A stretch of DNA of 64,000 nucleotides from IMG/VR virus record IMGVR_UViG_2927661242_000003. One strand, given 5' to 3'. The DNA comes from an uncultured virus (IMG/VR IMGVR_UViG_2927661242_000003). Lineage: Duplodnaviria > Heunggongvirae > Uroviricota > Caudoviricetes. The position numbers were made by a program, and so were the translations under genes. A model generated the notes under the pieces. It saw nothing but the letters and a program-made list of their open reading frames with translations. It did not search any database and was not told where the DNA came from. This document shows, in pieces, positions 9,759 through 19,176 of the stretch (position 1 is its first letter; each line of letters begins with the position of its first letter).

Positions 9759-10055
9759 TCAGGTCGGCGATGGCTGCGATGCCGCACTCATGAAAAAACT
9801 CGCCACCGCCCAGCTCAAGGCGTTGAGGTCCACCAGGTCGAGCTGGTTCACCGAGGACGGTGGAATGCCGGCGCAGACCGCGATGTATTTGGCCGCGACG
9901 TCCATGTCGAGGCTGACTTCTTCGCTCTTGTCGATCTTGTACGGCAGCGCCTTGATCGCTCGCACTTCCTGCACCGTCGGGCGGCGCAGGCTGAGTTCGG
10001 CCAGCGGCTCGCCGTGGGCCTCGATGGGCACCTGCAGCTTCACCGTGTTGCTCAT
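9759..10055 (-). CDS. Tail assembly chaperone, Mu gp41-like (with -1 frameshift extension to 9628)
   Basis: LRRPTVQEVR motif; T TTT TTC slippery heptamer at 9792-9798. Confidence 0.85.
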   Translation of the reverse strand: MSNTVKLQVPIEAHGEPLAELSLRRPTVQEVRAIKALPYKIDKSEEVSLDMDVAAKYIAVCAGIPPSSVNQLDLVDLNALSWAVASFFMSAASQPSPT

Positions 10056-10399
10056 TGCCAGGTCCCCTTCTGCCCTTCGAAGTTCAGCTCGATGCTGGCG
10101 TCGTCGCCCTTGGCAATAGGCTCGTCCACCAGGTAGGCACCGGCCAGTACGTAGACCTTGCCGTTGGCGAACTCGCAGGTGACGGTCATGTCGACGCCTT
10201 CGATCAGTTGCTTGAGCGGAAAGTCCGGGGTGTGCAGCGCGGTGACTTTGAACGACGGCGTGAGGTCGGTTTCCTTGTAGAAGCCCGGAACCACGGTTTC
10301 CCGCTTGACGGCCATCAGTGGTGCTTCGCAGCCGCCGCTGATGGTCAGTTGAGCGCCGTCCACTTTGACGTAGCAGGTGCCCGCGATCAGTTGACCCAT
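10052..10399 (-). CDS. Tail tube protein, Mu gpM-like
   Basis: IAGTCYVKVDG N-terminus, 115 aa, follows the sheath. Confidence 0.88.
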   Translation of the reverse strand: MGQLIAGTCYVKVDGAQLTISGGCEAPLMAVKRETVVPGFYKETDLTPSFKVTALHTPDFPLKQLIEGVDMTVTCEFANGKVYVLAGAYLVDEPIAKGDDASIELNFEGQKGTWQ

Positions 10400-10411
10400 G
10401 TTGTTTCTCCC

Positions 10412-10445
10412 AAAAAATAAGCCCGCTCAAGGCGGGCTGAAAAAG
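10412..10445 (-). terminator. Hairpin/terminator between sheath and tube
   Basis: AGCCCGC-TCAAG-GCGGGCT stem followed by a T-run on the minus strand. Confidence 0.55.
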
Positions 10446-10465
10446 CGCAGCGATGCAGGTCCGGC

Positions 10466-11962
10466 TCAGGCCGCCGCGTCGTACTGCAGGCGAAATTGGT
10501 TGAGCAGCGCGAACACTCGCAGGCCGTTGATGTAGTCCGGCGGGAACAGCACGTTGACCCGGCTCGGGTCCTGCACATCGCGCTCGACGATCAGGTGCTC
10601 GGCGAACAGCTCGGCGTTCTCCACATGGCCCTCCAGCTCCAGCTTGGCGTACTGGGCAATCAGCTCACCGCGAATGGTGCTCGGGGTGACGATCGGCTGG
10701 CCGGCGCCGAAACGAGTGCCGTCGGCAGCCAGCTTGTGGCGCCCGTATTTGCTGGTGATCACGCTTTGCAGGCGGCGCACGATGAACGCCGACTGGTGCA
10801 TGGTTTCGCTGTCCAGGTAGGAGTTGTCGGCCTGGCCGTAGGCGTTCTTCTGGTAGGTGGTGATCGCCCGCTGAATACGCATGTAGCCGCCTTCGTAGTA
10901 GGCGGTGGCGATGCCGTAGCTCAGCAGCGACTGGCGCTCGGTGAGGGTGAAGCGCTCGCTGGCCGGCGCCGGGTCGACGCCCGGCAGGCTGCCGCTCTGG
11001 GTCGGGCGGCTGGCATCGGCGGAGATGAACACCGAAGTCCGCGCCGCCAGGGCGGCGGCCTGGACCCACACCGGTTGCGGCACGCCGCCTTCCAGGGCCT
11101 GGATGGTGATGTGCTGGTCGTTGCGTGCCTGGCCGGCCGCCACCAGGGTGCCGACGGTGCCGCGCTTGGCGCTGTAGACATGGCCGAACAGCTGCTTGGC
11201 CCAGGACCAGCGGCCGGTGTTGTCGTCCATCACCGTTTGCCAGGCATTCAAGCTGGCGGTATCGGTCCAGGGCATGCAGATGAACTCGAACGGCTCGTCG
11301 CCCAGGGCGGCCAGCGCCGCGACCTGATCCGGCACACCGGTGCCACCGGCCATCTTGCCCAGCACCAGGGTCAGGCCCGCCGGGGTCTCTTCGCCATCGC
11401 TCTTGCCCAGGCGATTGAGTTGCAGGCTGATGTCGTTGCCGCTGTCGCCGGTCCACTTGGCGTTCAGGGTCACAGTGCCCTCGGCCGCGGTGGCGGTCAC
11501 CGGCAGATCTACTGCAGCGTTGACCTTCAAGGCCAGGGCGCTGGCCGCTTGTGCGGCACTGGCGCCGCTGACAATGGAGGCTTGCACCCGCACCCCACCG
11601 ACGTACAGATTGAGCAGGCCGGCGGCGCCGGCGCTACCGCTGATCTTCAGCTCGGCCTTGGCCACGCTGCCCTCGGTGCTGTGCAGCGGCAGGCACCAGA
11701 TCTCGCCCACCGGGTCGGTCTTGCGCCAGGTTTCGTACATCGAAGCGAGCATCGAACCTTGCCCGCCGATGCTCTTGGCCAGGGCCACGCTGGACACCAG
11801 CACCAGCTTGCCGAGGTCATCGCCGGCCTGGTTGTCGTTGACCTGGGCGACGATCAGACGGCGCATGGCCGAGGACGCGCTATTGGCCGCCGAATTGTCC
11901 ATCTCGGCGTAGAACAGCGGCACACGGATGTCCGTCGGGATATTGCTGAAACCGATCGCCAT
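10466..11962 (-). CDS. Tail sheath protein, Mu gpL-like
   Basis: IRVPLFYAEMDNS, RAITTYQKNAYG and YLDSET motifs. Confidence 0.93.
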   Translation of the reverse strand: MAIGFSNIPTDIRVPLFYAEMDNSAANSASSAMRRLIVAQVNDNQAGDDLGKLVLVSSVALAKSIGGQGSMLASMYETWRKTDPVGEIWCLPLHSTEGSVAKAELKISGSAGAAGLLNLYVGGVRVQASIVSGASAAQAASALALKVNAAVDLPVTATAAEGTVTLNAKWTGDSGNDISLQLNRLGKSDGEETPAGLTLVLGKMAGGTGVPDQVAALAALGDEPFEFICMPWTDTASLNAWQTVMDDNTGRWSWAKQLFGHVYSAKRGTVGTLVAAGQARNDQHITIQALEGGVPQPVWVQAAALAARTSVFISADASRPTQSGSLPGVDPAPASERFTLTERQSLLSYGIATAYYEGGYMRIQRAITTYQKNAYGQADNSYLDSETMHQSAFIVRRLQSVITSKYGRHKLAADGTRFGAGQPIVTPSTIRGELIAQYAKLELEGHVENAELFAEHLIVERDVQDPSRVNVLFPPDYINGLRVFALLNQFRLQYDAAA

Positions 11963-12144
11963 TATTTGGCTCCTTGAGATTTCGCCGCTTTCACGGCTTT
12001 GCTAGTGATATCGCCATCGGCCAGACGCCGGCGCCACCAGGCGCTGTCCGACACTTCACGGCCGGAAGCGGGCAGCAGATCGCCTGCTTCCGGGTCCGGT
12101 ACGGCGCGGCCGGCAACCGGCAGCACGGTGATGCGTTTGCTCAT
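11962..12144 (-). CDS. DUF2635 / Mu gp38-like small tail protein
   Basis: GRAVPDP...WWRRRLADGD motif; immediately before the sheath. Confidence 0.85.
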   Translation of the reverse strand: MSKRITVLPVAGRAVPDPEAGDLLPASGREVSDSAWWRRRLADGDITSKAVKAAKSQGAK

Positions 12145-12722
12145 TGCTTCAGCTCTCCTGAAAAAGTCAGCTCCAGGCGCCCGTCGGGCCCTGGGCGTTG
12201 CAGATTGGGGTCCGCCGGATCGATGGCATCGACCCGCACCGTGACCCCGGTCAAGGACGGCAAGCCGTCGAGTTCACGCTCATGCCAGGTTTCCGCCGGC
12301 TGACTGGGCAGATTGCGGCCCAGCTGGAACTCGGCGAAGAAGCGCAGGCGGTAGAGCAGGCGGGTGGCGTCGAGCGACACCAGTTCACCGCCGTCGTATT
12401 GGATCGGGTTGTACTCGGCGCCGGGTTTGAAACCGACCAGGGCACGCCAGAGTTCGGCGCGCAGGTCGTGGAGCTGGTCGAGGGCTTGTTGTGGGTTGCT
12501 GGCGTCGAGGAGCAAGGCGACTTCGAAGCGGTCGCGGATGATCTGGCGGTGGGCGTTCTGGGCCGTATTGGCGGTGGCCAGATCGTTCAGCGGAGCGACG
12601 TAGGCGGCGGGAACAGCGGGCGAAGTGCTGCTCAGGGTGTCGAGGTTGACGCCAACAATGATGCGCTCAGCAAGGCTGGGACACTGGGTTTGCAACTGAG
12701 TGAGAACAGCGGTGAGTTTCAT
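12141..12722 (-). CDS. Tail terminator/completion protein (Mu-like module)
   Basis: LRAELWRALVG and PIQYDGG motifs; first gene of the module; start refined to MKLTAVL. Confidence 0.7.
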   Translation of the reverse strand: MKLTAVLTQLQTQCPSLAERIIVGVNLDTLSSTSPAVPAAYVAPLNDLATANTAQNAHRQIIRDRFEVALLLDASNPQQALDQLHDLRAELWRALVGFKPGAEYNPIQYDGGELVSLDATRLLYRLRFFAEFQLGRNLPSQPAETWHERELDGLPSLTGVTVRVDAIDPADPNLQRPGPDGRLELTFSGELKQ

Positions 12723-12774
12723 AGAGAGGCTCCTGGTTTTCGGTGCATGCAAGCTCGATGGACACCGGCCAGGG

Positions 12775-13926
12775 TCACTCCAGCCCGGCAGGCAGCAACG
12801 CCTGACCGCCTTTGAGACCAGCCTGAACCGCCGTCCAGAACTCGGCATTTTCATAGCCCATGGCCCAGATACTGGTACCACCCAGCCCCAGCTTGGCGAC
12901 CAACGCAGCCTTGGTCCTGATGCTCTTGGCATCGTCGTACCAGAGCACCGGTTGTGCCCGCTCCTGGGTCCATTCCACGCCATCGGCGAAGCTCTGCACT
13001 GGGCCCCAGGTGGCGTAAGGCGTGGCCGAAGCGGCGTCCAGATGGGTAGCGGCGCGATGCTCGGTAATCACTTCCTGGTAAGCCGACCAGTGCACCCGAT
13101 TGCCAATGCTGTAGTCCTGACCGTAAGCCGGGAGCCCCGCCAGGACCTTGCTCGGCGCGACTCGCGACACGGCGTAGCTGAGCAGCGCCTGCTGCCAGTC
13201 GGCGCCCGACTCGGGGCCGGGCCAGACTTCATCGTGGAAGCCGCCGCTGCTCCAGCCCGGCCCGACCTGGTCGTAGGTCATGACCTGGAAGTAATCCACG
13301 GCCGCGCCCAGGGCCTTGTAGTCGTAGCCTTGGAGGTACTCGGGCTCGCGGTCGCTGGATTTGGGCGGGATGCTGATGATCAGCTTCTTGTTGCTGGCAT
13401 GCAGGGCGTTGCCCAGGGCTTTGACATAGGCGGAAAAGGCCTTGGCATTCCTCGGTTCGACCTTTTCGAAGTCCAGGTTGATGCCGGCAAAACCGCCCTC
13501 CTTGGCCAGCGTCACCAGTTGCTTGATGCTGCCGGCACTCAAGGTTTTGTCGTTGACGATGGAGTGGGAAATCGCCGGGTCGAAATCACCAATGCCTTCG
13601 TTGTAGTCGGAGACGGTCGGATACAGCGGCAGGGACTTGGACTGGGCGAAGCGGATGATGTTTTCGGTGGTTTCGTTCATCCCCTCCTGATGTAACTGGC
13701 CGGTGACCGTCAGCCCGTAAGTACTGCCCAGACCGACGGCAGATAGGTTGCGGTAGAACGCTTGCAGATTGCTGTAGGACGCTTCGACCTGACCGTCGGT
13801 GTAGGCCAGAACAAAGGGCTCGGCATGGGCTGCGGTTGCCAGCAACAGGGTGCAGCCCGCGATCAATCCCTGAAAAAAATGCCGGATGCCTCGCTTCGAG
13901 GCCGGGCTGCTGATGCCTGGATTCAT
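12775..13926 (-). CDS. Secreted glycoside hydrolase family 18 (chitinase/YaaH-SleL-like)
   Basis: Signal peptide ending AHA; FAGINLDFE catalytic motif, VMTYD and GLGGTSIWAMG; GGAG RBS before ATG 13926. Confidence 0.88.
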   Translation of the reverse strand: MNPGISSPASKRGIRHFFQGLIAGCTLLLATAAHAEPFVLAYTDGQVEASYSNLQAFYRNLSAVGLGSTYGLTVTGQLHQEGMNETTENIIRFAQSKSLPLYPTVSDYNEGIGDFDPAISHSIVNDKTLSAGSIKQLVTLAKEGGFAGINLDFEKVEPRNAKAFSAYVKALGNALHASNKKLIISIPPKSSDREPEYLQGYDYKALGAAVDYFQVMTYDQVGPGWSSGGFHDEVWPGPESGADWQQALLSYAVSRVAPSKVLAGLPAYGQDYSIGNRVHWSAYQEVITEHRAATHLDAASATPYATWGPVQSFADGVEWTQERAQPVLWYDDAKSIRTKAALVAKLGLGGTSIWAMGYENAEFWTAVQAGLKGGQALLPAGLE

Positions 13927-14032
13927 GAATACTCCTGCGGGTTTTCCGCGTGGGTTGAAAGGGAGTGAATGCTGGATCGGAGACGATCCGAATGAGCAGT
14001 TCGCGAGAATGCTCGCGGCGCCGTTGAAGGGT

Positions 14033-15076
14033 TTAAAGCTGCACCACCCTGAGTGGTTTTTTGGCGGTGTTTTTCTTGGCCTTGGCCTTGGCTTTGCCTT
14101 GCTTGCCGCCGTTGCATTCGACCGTGGTGCTCCACCCGGACGGGTTGAACATCTGCTCCACCGAGTCCACCAGGTACTCGCCATCCAGACCGGGCTTGAA
14201 GCCCTGGGCATTGATCAGGCGCTCGGCGAACAGGTCGGTGCGCCCCGGCATCTCCAGACGGACGTTGGCGTTGCTGCGGTTGAAGGCGGCCAAACGGGCC
14301 TTGGCCGCCTGCTCGGCGGCGGACTTGTTGGGGTACAGGTGCCGATCGGTATGCACTGCCGGTACGCTGTCCGGTGAGTCGCTGTTGCCCAGGTCGATCA
14401 CCCTGAGCGTGCCGCTCTTCTTGTCCTGATGCCGGGTCTGCACCGCCTTGTGGGTGCTGCTGTCACTCAGGCGGAACTGATAGCGGCTAACGTCGCCACG
14501 GCTGAGGGTGACCACGCCCAGGGCCTTGCCGCTGGCACTCAACCCGGCCTGACGAGGCAGCACCAGCAACTTGCCTTCGGCCACCTTGGCGGTGCAGTCG
14601 TACTGCCGGGCCAGGCGGGTGATGAAGTTGAAGTCGGACTCGTTGAGCTGGTCGATCCGCAGCACCTTGGTGGTGACGGGGCAGATGGGCGTCCAGCCGT
14701 TGCGGGCCGCCAGGTCGCGGACAATCTGCGCCAACGCCACGTTCTCCCAACTGCCGCTGCGGGTGGTCTTGCCGCTGCCGCGCATGTCGCTGGCCTTGCC
14801 GCGGATCTCGATCGAATCCGGCGGCCCGCTCACCACCACTTCATCCACCGTGTAGCGCCCCAGCCGGGTCAGTGTCTGGCCGGCGTAGCCGAGGAATATT
14901 TCAATGCTGGCGCCACGACTGGGCAGCGCAACCGCCGAGTCGCGGTCATCAATACGCAGTTCAAACTCGTCCGACTCCATTCCCGGTTTATCCGAGGTTC
15001 GCAGCGTCAGCAGCCGGTCGTTGATCTGCGCCGTAATATCCCGGCCATCGGCCAGGATGCGAAAGACTGGGGTCAT
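14033..15076 (-). CDS. Phage late control D / baseplate hub (P2 gpD-like)
   Basis: DITAQINDRLL and IDQLNESDFNFITRLA motifs. Confidence 0.92.
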   Translation of the reverse strand: MTPVFRILADGRDITAQINDRLLTLRTSDKPGMESDEFELRIDDRDSAVALPSRGASIEIFLGYAGQTLTRLGRYTVDEVVVSGPPDSIEIRGKASDMRGSGKTTRSGSWENVALAQIVRDLAARNGWTPICPVTTKVLRIDQLNESDFNFITRLARQYDCTAKVAEGKLLVLPRQAGLSASGKALGVVTLSRGDVSRYQFRLSDSSTHKAVQTRHQDKKSGTLRVIDLGNSDSPDSVPAVHTDRHLYPNKSAAEQAAKARLAAFNRSNANVRLEMPGRTDLFAERLINAQGFKPGLDGEYLVDSVEQMFNPSGWSTTVECNGGKQGKAKAKAKKNTAKKPLRVVQL

Positions 15077-15137
15077 GCTCCGTGCTCCAGAAAATGAAGA
15101 CCCCGTACACGACGGGGTCTGTTGATTGGATGCAAGG

Positions 15138-15344
15138 TCAGTCCCATAGCTGAACCATCGCCTCGGCCCGAATCGGCAGATCCGGCAACAGGATCAGTAC
15201 CCCGGCCCGAAAGGGTTGTGGCTCATCGGCCAGGCCCTGGTTGGCATCCAGCACCGCCTCGACACAGCCGTTGAGGTGGCCGTAATACTGGTAACACAAG
15301 GTATCGAGCAGATCCCCGTCAGACGTTCTGCAAGTCGTCGCCAT
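15138..15344 (-). CDS. Tail protein X (P2 gpX-like)
   Basis: GDLLDTLC...YYG...VLDANQGLA...LWD. Confidence 0.9.
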   Translation of the reverse strand: MATTCRTSDGDLLDTLCYQYYGHLNGCVEAVLDANQGLADEPQPFRAGVLILLPDLPIRAEAMVQLWD

Positions 15345-16164
15345 AGCTTACGAACTCCAATGAAAAACCTTGTTTGCGCGGGATACCGCCGGCCAGCAGG
15401 TGGCTCTGATCTTCCTCGATGCTAGTCAGGCACCAGGTGCCCAGCACTTCGCCGTAGCCGGTGGTCAGGCTCAGCGGCTGCAAGCGCCGCCCTATGCTGC
15501 GCAAGGTCTGCAACTGCCCCAGGCCGCCCTTGAACCCGGGAAACACCGTGCCTTTGAGAGAGATCCGCTCTTCACCCTGGCCCACCGCCTGCTGGGCGAC
15601 ACTGCGGCTCAGGCGCTCCTGACCGGCCCAGCGGAATCCGCTCTGCCGGCGCAGCTCCTCGAAGGCTGCGGTATCGACGTTGAAGTAGTAAGGCTGGGCG
15701 CCCGCCCCGAGCGGTTGCAGGATCAACAGGTGCGCGAAGGGCTTCACCGCCTCGGCCGCCGGAGTGGTCTGTTCGGCAAATGCGGCGGTCGGGAAGATGT
15801 TGCCCAGGGAAGGACTGATCTGCCCGCCGATCCGATTGATTGCCGCGCCGGCCTTGGCCACCTGTTCCTGCAGGGCGCCAAGACGCTGCTGCATCTGCCC
15901 GGCCACGGTCACTGCCTGGCTGTACTTGGCCGCGACTTCCCCCACCACCGACTGCGCCGCACCGATACTGCGCATCGTGCGTTGCAGTTTGGCGCCCAGC
16001 TCCGGCCCGACAACGGGCAGGCTTTCAAGCTCCAGGGCGGCGCCGCTGATGTCGCTGATGGCACCGTTCATGGGCCCGAGCATTTCATCAGCACTGCGCC
16101 GCCCCGCTTCCGCTGCCGCCACCAGGGAACCCAGCCCCGATTGCAGCTGCTCCATGTAAGCCAT
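15319..16164 (-). CDS. Tail protein, P2 gpU-like
   Basis: FRWAGQERL, ISLKGTVFP, GYGEVLGTW and PRKQGFSLEF motifs. Confidence 0.88.
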   Translation of the reverse strand: MAYMEQLQSGLGSLVAAAEAGRRSADEMLGPMNGAISDISGAALELESLPVVGPELGAKLQRTMRSIGAAQSVVGEVAAKYSQAVTVAGQMQQRLGALQEQVAKAGAAINRIGGQISPSLGNIFPTAAFAEQTTPAAEAVKPFAHLLILQPLGAGAQPYYFNVDTAAFEELRRQSGFRWAGQERLSRSVAQQAVGQGEERISLKGTVFPGFKGGLGQLQTLRSIGRRLQPLSLTTGYGEVLGTWCLTSIEEDQSHLLAGGIPRKQGFSLEFVSYGDDLQNV

Positions 16165-16173
16165 GCGATCTCC

Positions 16174-18720
16174 TTAAACGTGTGCGGCGTCGAACAGCTG
16201 GCGAGCGGCAGCCTGGCGGCTGAACTCGTCGAACTGCCAGCGCAGGTGGGGTTCCAGTTCCCGGGCCAGTTGCGCGGGGTCGCGCACATCACCCTGGACC
16301 GAGATCGACAAGTAGGGCGCGAAGCTGAACTGCTGCTCGATGACTGGAGGTACCTGGGGTTTGAGCGACTCCGGCGCGGTGATCGTGGCCGGCGCCGCAG
16401 CAGACGACGATGGGCTGAGCATCGAGCGCGCCGCCTGCCCCATCAGCGGGGGCGTCTGGCCTTTCTGGAAGGATTTGGCGATATCGCCCATGACCGGCGG
16501 GATGTTCTGTCCAGCGTTGCGCATCATCAGTGGACCGGCGGCGGGCAAGTGCTTGAGCGACTCGTCGGAGCCGAACAGCTTTTTACCCAAGGCGCCACCG
16601 GCGGCCGAACCGCCCCAGGCACCCAGGGCGCCGCCCACCAGCCCGCCAATCACCGTGCCGATCACCGGCACCACGGAGCCAATGGCCGCCCCTGCTGCTG
16701 CACCCGCGGCGGCGCCAGCAAGATTGCCCGCCGCCTCGCCGTAGCCTTCGGCTTTTTCATCCTGGGTCTGGGCATTCAGGTAAGTGTCCGCCACCTGGAA
16801 GCCTGCACCGAGCACCGAAAGGATCGCACCGCCCTTGAGCAAGGGCGCGACTCCCTTGGCCAGGGAACCGGCGCCTTTCATTACGGCACCAGAGGTGGCA
16901 GCCCCTCTGGCCACTCTCTCCAGGCCGCTGGGCGTCAAAGGGCTCTTGAAGCCTTTGCTGCCCATGCCCCTCGAACGAGGCTCGCGCCTGGGCGTCTTGC
17001 GCCCGCCACGGCCCTTGCGGCGTTTTTTGTCCGGGCCGCAATCGAGCATGGGCGCACAACAGTCGATACCGCTCGCAGTGCCACCAGAGGAGCGCTTCGC
17101 CATTTTGCGGCCAACCTGCAGTGAACCTCGAGCGACATTCAGCAGGCCCTTGCCAATGGTGTAGACAGCCATCAGCTTTTTCACCGCGACATAAGTGGCG
17201 CCCAGGGCAGTCACCCCCAGTACCAATGAGGGTGCCTTCTCCGCCAGTTCGGTCAGCTTGCCGACCACCAGCGTGATGCTTTGGGCCACCAGATCCGTGG
17301 CCGGTTGCAGGGCCTTCCCCACGGCAAGCATGCCACCGTCGACCGCCTGCGCGGTTTCCTTCCACAGCTGGGCGGAGGCTTGCCGACGCTCGGCCAGGTT
17401 CTTGTCGATAACCCCCGAAGCACTCAACGAGTCCTTCTTCAGTTGCTCGTATTGCTGCCGGCCCTGGGTGTGAGCCAGCAAGGCCGCCTTGATCTGCATA
17501 TCGGTGAACAGGTCACCGGTACGCAGGGACTCTTCCAGAGCCTCGAGCATGGACTTGGCCTTCGCCGGATCGGTTTCCTTGCTGATCTGCGCCTGGGCCT
17601 CGGCCATCTTCGCGGCCTTGGCCGGGTCGATGGCCCTGACATAGCGCATGGCCAGGGCAAAGCTCGCCTCCAGGCTCGACATACCCTTCTGGATACCGGT
17701 GTTCAGCGACGCCTGATAATCAATGCCGGCATCTTCGTAAGCCTTGACCGCCTCACTGGAACCGATTTTCTCGATCCAGTTCTGCAGTTGACCGGCGGCC
17801 TGATCAGCACCGCCCGCGGTGTTCATCTGCACTTGCAGCATCGAGCCCAGCTGGCTCACCGCATCCATGCCGGTGAGCCCCTCCCCGCTCGCGCTCTCGA
17901 GCAGCGCCGGGAGCAAGCGCGCCATGTCGGCAGCCTCGAAGTTGCCCGCCTGCCCCTGCAGGGCGATGGCCTCCAGGGCCTGCTCCATGACCTTGGGGTC
18001 GCTGATCCCGGCCTTCAGCTCAAGGGCCCGCATCAGGTTCGACGTATCTTCGATACCCGCGCCCTGCCCCACCGCGAACCTGGCCGCAAGCCCCGCGTAA
18101 CCTTGCGCCTTGTCCAGCGACATGCCCTTGGCAGTCATCTGCCCCACCAGAGCCGCCACCTCGTTGCGGGCCATTCCCGTATTCCGTGAAGTCTGAACGA
18201 CGCTGCGGCTCAGCTGCGCTTCCTGAGGTTGATTGGCCACACCGGCCTTGATAGCGATGTCACGGATCAGCGCCTGATAGTCGGCATTGATCTTGACCGG
18301 AATGGCCAGCTTGCCGACCCCGTCCTTGGCCAAGCCATACGCCGCCTTGAAGTCGGCCTTGCCCTGGTCGATCTGCTGGTGCCCCCGGGCCTGCAGAGCG
18401 GAGCCCCGGGCCACCTTACCCAGCGCCTGATATTCCTGACGCAGTTTATGTACCTGCACACCTTGCTGGCGCAGGCCATCACGGCTCTGTTCCAACCGGC
18501 GCAACAGCCCGGCGGCAGAAGCAGCACCGGTGTCATGGGCCTTTTTCCATTCATCCTGCAGGCGCAGGGTCTGGCCAATGGTCTTTTCCAGTACCCTGGC
18601 CTTGCTGCCCTGCTGCTCCAGTTGCTTGATCCGGCCTTCCACCGTCTTGAAGGCGGCGTCCCACGTCGAACTGAGGGCGGTACCCACCACCACCAGCCCT
18701 GATTCCAGCTTGTTCGCCAT
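16174..18720 (-). CDS. Tape measure protein (P2-like tailocin module, ~848 aa)
   Basis: Ala/Gly-rich helical protein with a GNFEAADMAR core; homologous to 36943-39507. Confidence 0.9.
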   Translation of the reverse strand: MANKLESGLVVVGTALSSTWDAAFKTVEGRIKQLEQQGSKARVLEKTIGQTLRLQDEWKKAHDTGAASAAGLLRRLEQSRDGLRQQGVQVHKLRQEYQALGKVARGSALQARGHQQIDQGKADFKAAYGLAKDGVGKLAIPVKINADYQALIRDIAIKAGVANQPQEAQLSRSVVQTSRNTGMARNEVAALVGQMTAKGMSLDKAQGYAGLAARFAVGQGAGIEDTSNLMRALELKAGISDPKVMEQALEAIALQGQAGNFEAADMARLLPALLESASGEGLTGMDAVSQLGSMLQVQMNTAGGADQAAGQLQNWIEKIGSSEAVKAYEDAGIDYQASLNTGIQKGMSSLEASFALAMRYVRAIDPAKAAKMAEAQAQISKETDPAKAKSMLEALEESLRTGDLFTDMQIKAALLAHTQGRQQYEQLKKDSLSASGVIDKNLAERRQASAQLWKETAQAVDGGMLAVGKALQPATDLVAQSITLVVGKLTELAEKAPSLVLGVTALGATYVAVKKLMAVYTIGKGLLNVARGSLQVGRKMAKRSSGGTASGIDCCAPMLDCGPDKKRRKGRGGRKTPRREPRSRGMGSKGFKSPLTPSGLERVARGAATSGAVMKGAGSLAKGVAPLLKGGAILSVLGAGFQVADTYLNAQTQDEKAEGYGEAAGNLAGAAAGAAAGAAIGSVVPVIGTVIGGLVGGALGAWGGSAAGGALGKKLFGSDESLKHLPAAGPLMMRNAGQNIPPVMGDIAKSFQKGQTPPLMGQAARSMLSPSSSAAAPATITAPESLKPQVPPVIEQQFSFAPYLSISVQGDVRDPAQLARELEPHLRWQFDEFSRQAAARQLFDAAHV

Positions 18721-18749
18721 CTGCTTCTCCTGCTCCTTGGGTGACGGGC

Positions 18750-18866
18750 TCAATCCGTGAGCCACCAGACCATGTCGGAAAACCTCATGGTCATGATTTC
18801 CTCGGCGGCGAAATGCAGCTCGCTGGCGAGCCGCTTCGCCGCCATCTTCATCACCGCAGGGTCAAA
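18750..18866 (-). CDS. GpE'-like C-terminal extension of the tail chaperone (probably frameshift-translated)
   Basis: FDPAVMKMAAKRLASELHFAAEEIMTMRFSDMVWWLTD, in the +1 frame after CTT TGA C; conserved at 39537-39653. Confidence 0.65.
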   Translation of the reverse strand, partial: FDPAVMKMAAKRLASELHFAAEEIMTMRFSDMVWWLTD

Positions 18867-19167
18867 GCTCGTCGTCTTGCACCAGGCGAAAATAGCCGGC
18901 CTGCAGGCGCTGATAGTCCTTGAGCGCCATGCCCTCCAGATCCTTGGCACTGATTTGCGCCAGGCTGGCAAACAGCATCAGTTCGCGCTGTTCATCATCG
19001 CCGGCAGCCCCGGAGTTGGCCGCACGCACATCACGCACGGTGGGGGCGCGCAAGGTGACCTTGTCGCAGACCACGCCATTCATCTCCACCGGTTTGCTCA
19101 GCGCCAGCACCACGCTGTCGCTGCTCAGGGTCATCCAGGACGGGGTCTTGTCGATTGCTTGAGACAT
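18862..19167 (-). CDS. Tail assembly chaperone (gpE/gp41 family)
   Basis: TLRAPTVRD and DYQRLQAGY motifs; between tube and TMP. Confidence 0.88.
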   Translation of the reverse strand: MSQAIDKTPSWMTLSSDSVVLALSKPVEMNGVVCDKVTLRAPTVRDVRAANSGAAGDDEQRELMLFASLAQISAKDLEGMALKDYQRLQAGYFRLVQDDEL

Positions 19168-19176
19168 GTTTTTTCC

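Noticed and set aside
13927..14211. N-terminal extension of the GH18 ORF to 478 aa
   Set aside because: It overlaps gpD; the RBS and signal peptide support ATG 13926
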